248,000 bases of DNA from Octopus vulgaris (lineage: Eukaryota). The stretch lies in contig OX597817.1 of NCBI GenBank assembly GCA_951406725.2, positions 87,812,001 through 88,060,000 of the forward strand. The letters run 5' to 3'. This document shows, piece after piece, positions 84,053 through 98,070 of the stretch. The notes beneath the pieces are model-generated. The model was not told where the DNA came from. It worked only from the letters and a program-made list of their open reading frames with translations, and searched no databases. Numbering within the stretch: position 1 is the first letter of the stretch; every line of letters starts with the position of its first letter. The translations under genes were made by a program, and so were the position numbers.

Positions 84053-87000
84053 CAACTATCCCACATGCCTTTGCACTTAACATATTTATATCTCTTTTTC
84101 TACCTCTTTCTTCAACTAACTAACCACACAACACAATAGCGATACCCTTCTTGTACTTCTCAGTGCTAACACACACATACATACACACACTCTCTCTCTC
84201 TCTTCATTTCTTCCTTTAACTAGCCACTTCCCTGTGTCTTAGTGTAATGACTATTATTTTCTCCCTTCTTCACATCATTTAAACTTCTCTCTCCCACTTT
84301 TTCTTTCTTTCTTTCTCTCAAACTCTTCGAGCTAACTAACTGACAGCATAATCCATTTGGCCTGAGTGTATTAATATGTAGCGTAGCTCAGTGGTATCCT
84401 CACTGTTTGAGAGATATATTAGAAATGATGTCGTCTTTGATAGCAACCATCTTTCGGCTGCTTAGGCTCAGTGTGTCTGCTACTCTGATTGGTTGATTTT
84501 GGTGCAGTCTTATTTCGCACCAGTGTGTAAGCCAACCAATCTCGGCCTTAGGATAAGGTCCCATGACACAGTCTTTTGGATTTTCTTCTGGAGCCTCTAG
84601 CATGTTATAAAAAGCCCCAGCATTCACAATATCAGTCTTTGGTTCTAGTCCTTCTTAGGACTAACCTCTGACCACAGAGCGATTCAGCCATATTCCAGCG
84701 ACTCAGCTAGTTCCAGTTCCAGCAACAGCAACAGACACCAACATACAGCAACTCAGGACTTCTCTATACCGTCGCCTTCAATAAAAAGCTTATTGTCAAG
84801 TCATATGTATACCTTTTAATATAGATTTACCTGAAGATATTAGTAATAAAATGCTCAGACTTAAATTAAACCTTACTAAACATCAAAAATATTGTGAGGT
84901 TTCAGTTTTGTCAATATGAGAAGAACTTATAAAATTTCACTTATTTCACTAAACAATTTGAAATCTAGAACAGTATTGAACATAAGTGAAAGAAGTAATA
85001 CACTCATGATTTACCCTCCTCTCTCTCTCTTTCTCCCTCTCTCCCTCTCATATGTCTATTTTCGAATATTTTATGATATACAAACATTTTCTAAAGTAGT
85101 TGCTTCCTGTTAGGAACTGCAATATTTATGATTTCCTCAAGCATTATCTGTAAAAGTGATGTGGAATATATGAGCTGTATACCACCTGTGTTGTTGATTT
85201 ACTTCCCTGAAGTTCTATATATTGCAATGCCTGATCTGTAGTGTAAAGTTACTGTTAACTGAGTTGATTGGCTGTTAAACTCATACTGACCAGTTAATGG
85301 GTCATTGTTAGTCTGTAACTCTATTCTATTTCTATAGTAAAACACTTAAATTTTGCTTGTTTAACTTGTGTGACTGTAAATAGGAACCATGAATAGGTAC
85401 ACTTTACCTACAACATGTTATGATTAAAAAGCGAGTTTAGTCAATACTTACAGCAGTGAGATTTTCTTACCTGGCTGTATCTATTACATTGTATAACATG
85501 ATTATTGTCTTTAGGTAGCAACTGTTACTTCCTATTTGCTTACCCCTAGAAAGTATGAAAAATGGCTAATATTTCCTTCAAACTTTGCTTTTGTTACATT
85601 TATACAAACCCTAAAGAATCCCTCCCAACATATGGCTATGATGCTCCCCCTCTACTGCTGCTCATGATCAGAGGTGCACATATTGTGTCAACTACTAAGG
85701 GACATGCTCAAATGATTACGGTCAAGCAACTGACAAGAAAATATGTAGTATTGGGCAGAATATTCTCTATAATGATATTTCTGCTTCAGCAATTCATCAC
85801 TGAATCTGTCTGAAATCTAATGGAAAATTGATCAGTTTCAAAACAGTGATGTCCAGGTGACAAATGCAAATTTTGAAGGGAATAGTAGTCATTTCCTTTG
85901 ATTTTGAGATAGAAGCAAATGGAAAATAATGCTTACTGATCAAAGACAAAAAATTTAAAATTTTGTTACACAATGTTATCAGCTAAGAAAATTGTGCTGT
86001 TTGAAAGATAGATGTGTTGGTCACAGACAAGGTAGTATGCAATAGCAGGGATGATCAGTTCATTGACTTTTTGGTTGCCTGATGTACTACCAACTTCACT
86101 AATTCCATTTATGCTATCTGGATATAATAGAGACAAAACTACTGAAGGAGTCACATTCAAATTATTGTGTCAGGCATCAGTTATGTGAGAAGGTGGAAGA
86201 TCTCCTACATCACCAAAATACAACTGTATAATCTGGCCTGTTTTACAGCACTGGAATGGATTTTGTGAAAAAGAGATAAAAGATAAAACTTCAATTCTTT
86301 CCACCTTGTCAGTGAGGAAGCAAAATTCAACATCAAATACATTACAGCTGACATTTCAACTTCAATACTATGGAGACTCTTCAGTGTCTAGATCATTCCT
86401 CAAATTGGATAATAAGAGTCACTGCTACCCTCACCATAATAGAGTACAGCAGAAATAAATGGTGTATAAAACCTGCCACTTGTCTGTCTTTGAAGAACAT
86501 AGCTACCACTCAACTTTTATATTTTTACTTGTTTCGGTCATTAGACTGCAGCCATGCTGGGGCACCACCTTGAGGAATTTTAGTCAAATTAATCGACCCC
86601 ATTACTTATTTTCTTTTATAAGCCTGGTACATATTCTCTTGGACTTTTGCCAAACTGCTAAGTTATGGGGATGTAAACACACCAACACCAGTTGTCAAGC
86701 AGTGGTAGGGAACAAGCAGCCACAAAGACACACACATATGCAACAGGCTTCTTTCAGTTTCCGTCTATCAAATCCATTCACAAGGCTCTGGTCAGCCTGA
86801 GGCTATAATGGAAGACACATGCCCAAAGTGCCACACAGTGGGATTGAACCCAAACTTCTTACCACACACCTATGCCTGCACCTAAGTTATATAACAACAC
86901 AATCACTTGATGAGGCTATGAGAAATAGCTAAACAATGGAAAACATGGTGTGGCATAACAGACCATATTGTCAGAAGTATTGAACAAGTGGATCTAAAGA

Positions 87001-87531
87001 CACAATTTTCAGTATTGAAAAAGTACTGAAAGGGAGGGGGAAAAAAAGAACCATGCCATGTCATAGGTGCAGGTGTGACTGTGGTAAGAAAAAAGTTTGT
87101 TTCTCATCCATGTCTTCAGGTAGTTTCACTGTATTGCACCTTGGGCCGGTGTCTTCTACTATAGCTTCAGGTTGAGCAAAGCCTTGTGTGTGGATTTGAT
87201 GAAAGGAAACCGAAGGAAACCTGTCATGTGTGTGTTTGTGTGTGTGTGTATGCATTTGTCCCCATAACTTAGCAGCTTGGCAAAAAGTGATTGATAGAAT
87301 AAGTGCTAGACTTCAAAAAAAATAAATAAAAAGTATGTGCTGGGAGTCAATTTATCTAAGTAAACTTTTCAGGGCAGTGCCCCAGCATGGCTGCAGTCCA
87401 ATGACTGAAACAATTAAAAGCTAAAAGATATCTTTTCTGTCTAACTTTCATCCTTTGACTTGATTATATCTATACTTTCTCCTGTAAAAGCTGGCTTTGT
87501 GCTTTATCAAACAATTATATTATTCCCTTAA

Positions 87532-87738
87532 CCCTTTAGCATTCTGTCAAATCTAATACTTATTTATTCACATTGTTTTGAATTAACCATGCATTATGTC
87601 ATACCTTTAAGATTTCAATGATGTGATTGTTTATTTTTAGAAGGACATTGTGTGGTAGGTGTGATAGGCCAGATCCAACCAGTTTAAGCATAAAACAGAA
87701 TGTTTTAGCTGGATTTGGCTGGTTTCAATGCTAAATGG
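87532..87738. mobile_element. ~210-bp TTAA-flanked piggyBac-like MITE (representative)
   Basis: TTAA|ccctttagcatt...aatgctaaatgg|TTAA; more than 10 related copies in the window (e.g. 42665, 143760, 195945, 212525, 235670). Confidence 0.75.
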
Positions 87739-87853
87739 TTAATTTATTCAATTTATTTATTTATTCAGACTATTCAATATCCTAAAATGCAGAAATATTT
87801 TGATAATTTGAATTTTATTTTCATGACTCTATCCTGTTTTTCAATGTTTCCAG

Positions 87854-87986
87854 TTGGCAGTTGGTTCTTGAAGACAGCTTACTTAGTTTTGCCAATACTG
87901 CTCGAGGTGTTGCTCTCATCACAAAGGTTGAAGTTATCGATAAATGTGTAGCCAACATGAATGAACGTTTTCAGAAACAGCTTCAA
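87854..87986 (+). CDS. TBC1D32: TBC1D32 exon
   Basis: ttccag/gtaagg; WQLVLEDSLLSFANTARGVALITKVEVIDKCVANMNERFQKQLQ; phase 2-0. Confidence 0.87.
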
Positions 87987-88279
87987 GTAAGGATAAAACA
88001 TTTTTCTTTTTTCTGTGACAAGGAATTCTAAATTAACAATAATGGATTTATATAGATTTCTGATTGCCAATTAATTTCTTGGATTAACTATTGATTATAT
88101 ACACTTTATGTCATATTTACATTTTGGACCATATTTTTATTACACAATCACAGACACACACAAACACACACACCAAGCTATAACTGCTTTACCTCTCAAT
88201 ATGAAAGTATCTAAATGCATCTGTAATGCAACTCTGTCTGACTGTCAATACCAGTATGTATGTATGCATGCATGCACGC

Positions 88280-88740
88280 ATGTACGTACAGGATGAGATG
88301 GATAAATTGTTGCCATTTTATATTATTTATTTCATGCATGTGCATTGTTTGTCTTTGATTTCGTCGACTACACAGTATGGTAGGGTCAGCCAACTGACCC
88401 TACTGTCCTGTGAGAAAAACAGTCCCATGATGCAATTCACTCTGACAGAAATTTGGAAATAACATGCTGTACTGCTTGGTATTCATGCTGGAAGCTCCAA
88501 TGTCAACATTTCAGAGTGTTTGGATAAAAAAATCAACCATCCAGTCAACATCATGGTGTTTGGAGTGATCACTAGTGATGGTGACGTTATACCTCCATTC
88601 GTCTTCCCACATGGCCTCAGACTCAACATGGAAGACTACATCAAGTGCCTGGAGGAGGTAGTGCTACCCTGGATCAAGAGGGTGGCTGCTGGAAGATCTT
88701 GTCTAGTAACAGGACTCTGCACCATGCCACATCTTTGCAT
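88280..88740 (+). mobile_element. Tc1/mariner-superfamily transposase fragment
   Basis: INHPVNIMVFGVITSDGDVIPPFVFPHGLRLN..YIKCLEEVVLPW; related copy at ~247240-247790. Confidence 0.7.
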
Positions 88741-88783
88741 AATTTAGACAACAGTTATTGTGTAATTGAGACAACAGTATATG

Positions 88784-89055
88784 TATACATAAAAGAACAC
88801 AAATGAGGTTTAAAATTTATGACAGCTGTTTCAGTAAAATGTTATTGATGTATTCATAGATTTCATCATAGAATATAATCTGTCATCTTCAGGTAAAATT
88901 TTGAAGAGGTTTTAGCAGGTGAAATAATATCTGTTGAAAATTTTACTTGAAGATGGTAGATTATGTTTTATGATGTAATTTATGAATACATCAATAAAAT
89001 TCTACCGAAACAGCTGTTGTAAATTTTAAACACCATTTGTGTCCTTTTTTTATAC
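88784..89055. repeat. Palindrome of two decayed HHR-bearing PLE termini
   Basis: ~120-bp arms and 34-nt spacer; each arm has (C/T)TGAAGA..GAAACAGCTGT(C/T). Confidence 0.8.
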
Positions 89056-89233
89056 CAGCACAGCACCTAGAACCAGCCTTGAGTGGGATCTGCAGTTTAA
89101 ATTGAATTTGGTACTTATATATTTGCTGCATTTTGCTAACAGATTCCTTCATGGTTGTTTTACCTCACTGTAAAGCCATTTCAGAGGTCCTATGCTGTTC
89201 ATGTGCCTAGATTTTAATGAATCCTATAACTAA

Positions 89234-89325
<92 letters not shown>

Positions 89326-89379
89326 TGTGTGTAGGGGTTGCAAGTATACTTAGAATATATACACATACACACATGTATA

Positions 89380-90590
89380 TATGTGTTTGCAAATAATATG
89401 AGTCCATGTAAACAGATGTAGCCATATACAAAGGAGTACACAAAGGAAACTGAAATTTTGCCATGTTATTTTATTCATTTGTTTTATATATTTATACTTT
89501 TACTGCCTTCAAAGTATTCTCCATTTGAAGCCATACATTGGTCCAGATGCATTTTCCTTTGTTTGAAGCAGTCCTGGAACTCTTGTGAAGTGATGCCTTT
89601 TAATGCTTCTGTTGATTTTTCTTCACCTCTTCCACATCTGCAAAACATTTTGCCTTAAGGACATTTTTCATTCAGGGGAACAAAAAAGACACAGGGAGAA
89701 AAATCAGGTAAATAGGGAAGGTGGGTAAGCATGGTCATGCCACTTTTGGTCAAAAACTGTCTCATACTCAAGGCAGTGTATACAGGTACATTGTCTTGAT
89801 GGAACCACCACTCACCATCTTGCCACCGGCTGTGACATTTTCATCTTACTGTATCTCACAAATGCTTCAGAATTGCCAAGTAAAATATCTGGTTAACAGT
89901 TTGACCAGTAGGAACAAATTCTGTGTGGACAATTCCTTTCACATCAATGAAACAAATCAGCTTCATCTTGACATTGGACTTCACTTTTTGGGGGTGTGGT
90001 AACATCAATTGCTTCCATTGACTTGATTGCTGCTTCATTTCCAGGTTGTAACCATAGCACCAGTGATGACCTTCGAAAAAAGGTTTGGATCAACTACCAA
90101 CTGTTCTTTCATTTCACAACACACATTCAGTTGTGACTGCTTTTGATCTTCCGTGAGCAAGTGAGGTACAAATGTTTCACAATTCCTCACACAAAATTTG
90201 TTGGCAGGAGCTCCAGGACACACCAGTCATATCAACAAGTTTGTCAGTTGTTTGGTAACAGTCCTCCAAGATCAGTTCATGAATTTTTGTGATGTTTTCA
90301 TTCGTTCAAGAGGTCAACGGTTACCCTGAATGAAGTTGGTCTTCAAGCAATAAATAACCATTCCGAAAGCATGAAAACCACTTGTAAACATGTGTTTTGC
90401 TTATGGCAGCATCCTTTTCCCTGACAGAAAACATAATTTCACAGAAGTATGCTGTTCCTTTGTTTCATCCATCACAAAAATCAAGAAACTGGGGTGAAGC
90501 TCTGCAAAACAAAGACTCACAACATGGTAGTACGACTTCAGTGGATAACACTAGTTTGCAGACTGATGCCTGAGGGTCGTATCAAGTGGA
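89380..90590 (-). mobile_element. Mariner transposon relic
   Basis: LLTEDQKQSQLNVC, KQQSSQWK, FIDVKGIVHTEFVPTGQTVNQIFY motifs. Confidence 0.8.
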
Positions 90591-90887
90591 TTCTAGTGGC
90601 AGAAACCTAAACTACAGTGGGCTTGTCTTACAGAGATGTTTCAGGTTATTTTTGGGTAGCCTCTCATACTTTCATTTTTGCACACACAGCAACCCTGGTC
90701 ACCTACTGTGCAATATAAAAATAACATTTTTCAACTTATCATACTTCAAAATGAAAAAATCCACAACCTTCCATTTCAATAAACCACTATTGTCCCTGAA
90801 AGTATTTTTTAAAATTTACTACAGACTAATTGGAGCTAACTTTCTTTCTGCACCTCAGTCCCTGGATCTTACGTTTATATATGTATG

Positions 90888-90938
<51 letters not shown>

Positions 90939-91079
90939 TGTGTGTGTTAATTTTAATCTTAAAGTATAGGAAAAATCATCCAGTCTCCAGACTTATCATG
91001 ACAGGTTGTATTTTTCATTGAGTTTTATCATCAATGTTCCTTAGTCATTTTTTTATTATGGAACTGTTTACTTCAACAG

Positions 91080-91167
91080 GTCAGCAAATTTGAAAGGTTT
91101 GGCTATGGCACAATGGTCAGTAAACTTGCTGCAGCTGCACCTGGAATAACAGCTCTAAATAATACAG
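91080..91167 (+). CDS. TBC1D32: TBC1D32 exon
   Basis: caacag/gtaaat; VSKFERFGYGTMVSKLAAAAPGITALNNT; phase 0-1. Confidence 0.9.
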
Positions 91168-92249
91168 GTAAATCATCATCATCTCCATTTTAACATCCAC
91201 CTTCCCATGTTGGCACAGGTCAGACTAAACACTTCAAACATCTGATTGTCTCTCATCACGATCATTATCCTTTAATATCTGTTTTCTAAGCTGGCATGGG
91301 TTGGACAGTTTGACCAGAGCTGGCAAGCAGGAGAGCTGCATCAGGTGCTAGTCTGATTTGGTGTGGTTTATATAGCTGAATGCCCTTCCTAATGACAACC
91401 ACTTTACAGTGTGTGCTGGGTGTTTTTAATGTGACACTGACACGAGTGCTCATATGCGGTGCCAGCACAAATGCTTTTCATGCAGCACTTGCACAGAGCT
91501 CTTGCAAACCAATCCTCTTCATCAAGGGAAGCAGCATTAATGCTTCTGCTGTGGAGGATGGGTTTTCTTGAGTACAGCAAGGTGCCAGATATATCGGTCC
91601 TTTGTCATCTCCTCCATAAGGTTCAGCATCCTGAGGTCGTCTTTCAGTATTTTGTCCCCTGGATCTCCCTCTTCCATGAGTTCCATCCACTTCGAGTGAT
91701 CAGCACTGTTTTATGGAGGTCGTTAATTGCCTTTAATGTATTGTTCTAAATAAATTCTGATTCAACACTTACAAGCAAATAAGGGTAGCTCATTATACAT
91801 ATATGGATGCAATACTTGGACATGTCATCAGTATTGTATCCAGAATCACAGTGTTTCAGGTCCTACATCATACACCCTCATCCATGCCACTTGACCAAGG
91901 TTGATCAAGCATAGACCTGTGTATAAGTATCATTTTACTCAACCCAGTCAAATGCTGCTTGTGGAAACTCCAACTCTAGATAGTCATTATAAGCAAATAA
92001 TCTATCAGAGTCTAAACAGGAGCACATAGCCTTGTGTTGTTGTGTGGTAATTCCTGTCTAACTTAGACCAGCATTATAGAATAAACGTAGATTTGATGAC
92101 AACAGCAACAGTAATGGCAGTGAAAGAAAATGAATCTTAACTAGATTCAGTGTATTTTTTTATCACTTCATCAGAGATCAGTAATTCATTTTCCTACTCT
92201 CAGAGAGAATAGTAGATTATAGTTATATAAATATGTAAAGCTGTGTAGA

Positions 92250-92280
<31 letters not shown>

Positions 92281-93129
92281 TTTGGAGATGCAAACTAGAA
92301 AAATAGAACTCAAAACATAAGTATTTGTATATTTTTTATTAATATTTGGTGGAAATAACAGAGTTCCGTTTCGTGGGCCTTGAGGCATTCTGTTACTTCT
92401 TCCAAATATTAATTAAAAAAATATATATATTTATATATTGCTATATACAATATATATAGTATAAATTGCTATATATATATATATATAAAATCTATAATAT
92501 ATATAGTAGATTATGCTATATATAGTGAAATGTGGTTGGAGATTTCTAGGTTGGTGTTATATAAACAGAGAATTGGTAAAATGCACAATAACATTAAGAG
92601 ATTTACTATAATCTTTCCAGGCAAATTAAAGAGACAAAAATAAGTGTAATATTTCATTTAAATATATTGGATTTTTTTAAACTTACACATAACTGGTTTC
92701 ATCAGTTTAAGTGTGGATTTATCAAATGAATATAGTTATAGTGGTTGGATTATATATGACTGAAATTTTTGAAGCTGGGCAGAGAAGTAGGGTACCAGGT
92801 TACAAGACAAATAACGAAAGGATATGGTTCTTAACCAGTTATGTAAAGAATGTTGAGTTAAGAATTTAAGTGACAAGTTAGAATTTTTAAACAAACTACT
92901 GTCCTATAGATGGTAGGCAGATATATTGAAGGAATCAGATTGATAGTTAAATTACACCTTTTGCATATACGTTGAAGAGATTACTTCAACATTGTATTCA
93001 GGTATGTCATAAGTATTTAAGTGCTTACTTTACACATGCACACACATATTAACTTGCATACATACTTAGGTTAATGATATATATATCCAAACAGTATATG
93101 AATATGCATGTGCATGTCGAGGTAAGCAT

Positions 93130-93700
93130 ATCCAAATTGCCCTTAGCTCAGGGAATTTCTTTGTCAGTCTTTCAAGCAGACTTTATACTTCAGAAAATTG
93201 TTTTTCTTCGTTTATTCATTGTTGTTCCATGGTAGAGTCCAAGCATTTATAACATTGGAAATATTTTAAAATTTGGTGGTTCTATTTCAGCACATGGTGC
93301 TATATGTCCACTTAACCAGATTTTCCTAGTTTTCTTTTCGTTATTTGTTGCTGGTGCATCATCAATCTTCTGCAGAGTGATAAACCTGTCCTGTCTGATG
93401 TAGTTATGCAAGCATTCCCAGCATGTTATGGCATAAATTAAATTTTGAGAGTTGCAAGTGAAATTTTCTTTTATTTGGAAGATTTGTCCATCCTTAAATT
93501 TCAGTTCCAAACCTTCAGTTAAGTACAGACATGTACAACAGTTCGGTCTACCACATTTGATAACCCTAGGGTTGGGTACTCATTTGAAAATATTTACTGA
93601 AGTTAGAATGTTCTTCAAAGTCTTTGGTTGCCTTTTGCTTTTGATGATAAGTTAATTCTCTAGGATTTTTCCAAGCAGAATAGGTATGTTGTTTTGTAAA
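93130..93700 (-). mobile_element. Penelope-like GIY-YIG fragment (decayed)
   Basis: FQIKENFTCNSQNLIYAITCWECLHNYI. Confidence 0.75.
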
Positions 93701-95329
93701 TAAATATTTGATTACTTTTTATGTTAAAAATAGAGACGTAAAGTAAAACACCGGGTGGAGGGCTTTACTTCTTATTTTTCTGGGGGTATAGGGATCTAAG
93801 CATTTTGTCCTTTCTGTACCACTTACAATAAGACTGAGTGGAAACACTCTTTGAATTTATCCAGTTCTTCTAATCTTTGATCATGTATTGTAATGTTTGA
93901 TACAATTGTGCCTATACTTTTTGCTAAGTTTTAGAATGGCAGTATATGAAAAGAAAGTACAGTTTGTAATCCATGAGTTTGTAGTAGATATCTGTTTCTA
94001 TTTTTATTTATTTATTCATGATTAAAATGGCTAGAAATGGTAGTTCCTTCTGCCTGAATTCCATCATATACTAAAAATTGGTGGAAGGGGACAAATACAG
94101 ATACACATACACATGCATGCACACGCACACACATACACACACACACACACACACGACAGGTTTCTTTCAGTTTCTACCTACCAAATCCATTCACAAGGCT
94201 TCAATCAGTCTAAGGCTATAGTAGAAGACACTTGCTCAAGGTGTCATGCAGTGGGACTGAACCTGGAACTATGTGGTTAGGAAGTTTGCTTCTTACCACA
94301 CAGTCATACATGTGCTATGCCATGTGTGTGTGTGTGTGTGTGTGTGTGTAAAGATAGTTGTATTTTACAGATTTAATGTTTCAGCAAAGAATTTTGTTTT
94401 TTTATAATTCATTAGCTCCTCTCAAGTACTGAGTTAATGAATGCAGAGTTTCTTTCCTAAAAAATTAAATATGTAAAATATAACTATTTGTTCTACATTT
94501 ATATTTAACTTGTATAGAGTTTTCTTTGGATTTCTGCTGTCTTTGATTTTTGATTCAAGAATTTTCCTTCTTATAAAGGTACTGACAGACACATAAATGT
94601 ATATAAATATATACATACATACATATATGTATGTGTGTGTATACACATACACACTATGCAGTATTAAAATTGTGGGCTGCTGGATGCAATATAAACCATA
94701 TAGGCAAAATTTAGTTGTCACTAATTGTGACTGTATGTGCTCAAGCATGTATGTGCTAGAAATAAGAGTTAAACCACTTATAGTTGTGTAAAAGTACATT
94801 TATATATATACTGACAGGGTAGACAACTGCCCCATGAATGAAGCAAGGTTAGAACACTGACCTGCACAGTTTCATCCTAATGGGAATTGTCAACAGTGTG
94901 CCTCTATTGCTTCCACGAGACAGCTAATTCTCCCTGTCAGTATATGTATTTGCCATATATAATTGGTTTTGTGTTAAGTTATAGGGAAAATGTGAAAACC
95001 TCTGCTAGGGACTGGTTGTGTTTGGCCCAAGAAAGAGACATTCTCAATGATCAGACATTGTCAGGATGGCCAAATTTATCCAACAGGTTCAGAACATCAT
95101 TAACAATAACCCCAGTAGGTCATCGAGAATCATTGTTAAGTAACTCAGTGATAAAGTGCACTTTAAGCTGTGTGGTGCATAAGGACATCAGATGAAACTC
95201 ATAAAGGGATCAGTGTATGTGTATGGTTCCAAGGTAGGTGTGGATTCTTGCACAAGCACTTAGCTCTGACTGCACTACTTCTTGTAGCAGAAACAACTGT
95301 AAGCTAATGAAATTGATTATATAATTCCT

Positions 95330-95540
95330 GTAGGTATCATCTGACTACAAATAGGTACCATCTAGCTGCAAATAGATATCATTTAACTGCAAATAGGTAC
95401 CATCTGATTACAAATGGGTACCATCTGATTACAAATAGGTACCATTTTGCTATAAATAGATACAAACTATCTGCAAATAGATACCATGTAACTACAAATA
95501 TATATCATGTAGCTATAAATAGGTACCATCTTGCTACAAC
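95330..95540. repeat. ~21-bp minisatellite
   Basis: aaataggtaccatct(ga/ag)ctac repeated about 9 times. Confidence 0.85.
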
Positions 95541-96834
95541 CCTAATACTTCTAACTACAAATAAGTGCCATTGTGCAAATAAATGCCATTAGTGCTACTG
95601 CACGCTGCTGTGTATAGTAGAGAACTGTGAATTTGATAGCTGTTTGGTTAGCTGAATTACTGAGTTCAAATCTTTCGACAAGTACTGACTTGGTTTTAGC
95701 TACCCCATCTGAAAAGTCTTTAAGTATTATTTCTCCTGCAACCCAGCTTAACAAATTGTACATCAATCAATCACCAACAGTATTGAGAGAGAGAGAGAGA
95801 GAGAGAGGACAATGATATTGTCAGTTTCAGCCATTTAATCTGGATAGTCAAAGCACAATGAATATAAGTTGCATTAGCTACAACAATCAGTATCATATTA
95901 ATTATTCTATATCCAGAGGATAAATATTAATCTAATCTCAAATTTCTGTATCTCATTATATAATTAATGATTGTCGTCAACATGAAATTGCATAGTGTAA
96001 TTGAAGATACTAGCCAGGGCTGAGTAAATGCAGTTTCAATGCCAACTTATCAATATGGTTACTTAATAATATATAGTAAATTTTAACTACGTAATCACTT
96101 GTTTCATCTCTTTCACAATAAACCACATGATTTATGTATATGATTATTTCTTTAGAACAAGTATTTGGTTCGATGAAGCCTTACAGAAATTAGATGACCA
96201 TATAATGTGATTATTTGATACTAGTCTATAGTACTTCCAACTGCTTTATGTTGGTGTATGAGTGAGAAGAAGGTGGAGGTTGTGTTACACTAAATATTTA
96301 TGAGCACTAAATAAATCTTTTCCTCATTATTCCAAAATCATTAGTAATAATCAGGCATAACTGTGTGATTAGAAGTTTGCATCCCAGCCACATGGGCCTG
96401 GGTTCAGACCCACTACATGGCACCATCATCAAAATGTCTTCTGTTATAACCCTGGACCAACTAAGGCCTTGTGAGTGGACTTGGAAGACAGAAAACGAAA
96501 GAAGCCTGTCATATGGTTCAGTGGTTAGAATGTCGAGCTCACCATCATGAGGCAGTGAGTTTGATTCCCAGACCAGGCTGTGTGTTGTGTTCTTGAGCAA
96601 GACACTTTATTTCATGTTGCTTGAGTCCACTCAGCTGTAGAAATGAGTTGCAGCATCACTGGTGTCAAGCTGTATTGGCCTTTGCCTTTCCCTTAGATAA
96701 CATTAGTGGTGTGGAGAGGGGAAGCTGGTATGCATGGGTGACCGCTGGTCTGCCATAAACAACTTTCTAGGTGCAATCCCATGGTCATTTATGATCAAAG
96801 GGAGTCAGGGAATCTTTACCCAAATATATGTATA

Positions 96835-98070
96835 TTAGGTTGGCAACTAAATTCCCGCCATTTTTTAAATTTAAATTTTTTAAAAGGTTTAATAAAAATA
96901 ATAACTAATTAATCAATAATGTATTCATCCTGGTTGTTTACAACTTCTTCCCAACGTTCAACAAGATTTTCAATACCTCGTTGGTAGAAATCACCCAATT
97001 TTGACTCGAAAAATTGATCCAACCAAGCTCTCAATTCTGCATCAGTATTGAATGAAACTCCACGCATAGCATTTCAAAGAGATTGAAAGAGGTGGAAATC
97101 CATTGGTGCCAAATCAGGAGAGTACGGTAGGTGTGGCAGCACTTCTCAGCCATGTGTTTGAGTGGCTTCCTTGGTCATATTGGCAATATGAGGGTGGGCG
97201 TTGTCATGCAGCAGAAGAACTCCATGCTGGCGATTAGGTCTTCTCTCTTGAATAACCATGTTGAGTCATTCCATCTGTTGAACATAGAGTTCTGCATTGA
97301 CCGTTTGGTTCCATTCAAACAATTCATAATGGATAATCCCTTCCCAGTCCCACCATATGCACAACATCATTATGCGAATGAAGATCATGTTTCATGTGCG
97401 GTGTCACTTGTTTACTGGGGCTAAGCCATTCCTTACGCTGCTTCATATTGATGTACAAGCACCATTTTTCATTGCCAGTAACAATTCGGTAAAGAAATCA
97501 TTGCTTGTGTCCATGAGTTGAGTGGTGACGAGCAAGCAAACCAGCAGAGATTGTGGCTCATTGATTTTTGTTGTTGTCACTTAAAGCAAGCAGGACCCAT
97601 GCTCCATACTTCTGAACCTTTCCCATCGAGTGAAGATGCTTCTCTATAGCAGTGTGGGAGCATTCTATTTTCTCTGCTAGTTCCCTTGTCATTTGATGAG
97701 AATTTTCATGCAAAAGTTGGTTTAATCGCTCTTCATTGAACTCAAGTGAACGACCAGAACAAGGTGTGTTTTTGAACTTGGCATACCAATCACAGCTATG
97801 GCACCCTCTCCATATACAACGCAAATGCCACGAGCAGCTTTTGCGGCCTTAGAACCTTGATTAAAAACAAAGCAGAGGAGGTCTCGAAAATGCTCATTTT
97901 TCTTAACTTGACATTCCATTTTAATGATCTGAAAATAAATAAAAATTAACTAAAATTAACCAGAATAAAAAACAAAATAAATTCAAAAATGATTCAAAAA
98001 TAGAATTCTCAAAAAAAATAGATTAAAATTTAAAAACGCAATAAATTCCAAAATTTAAAAAAACAGCGGG
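96835..98070 (-). mobile_element. Mariner transposon relic
   Basis: Ends tattaggttggcaactaa / ttagttgccagt; HENSHQMTRELAEKI..GKVQKYGAWV. Confidence 0.8.

Noticed and set aside
93165-93200. Possible HHR at the end of the decayed PLE
   Set aside because: Core and cleavage triplet too degenerate to call
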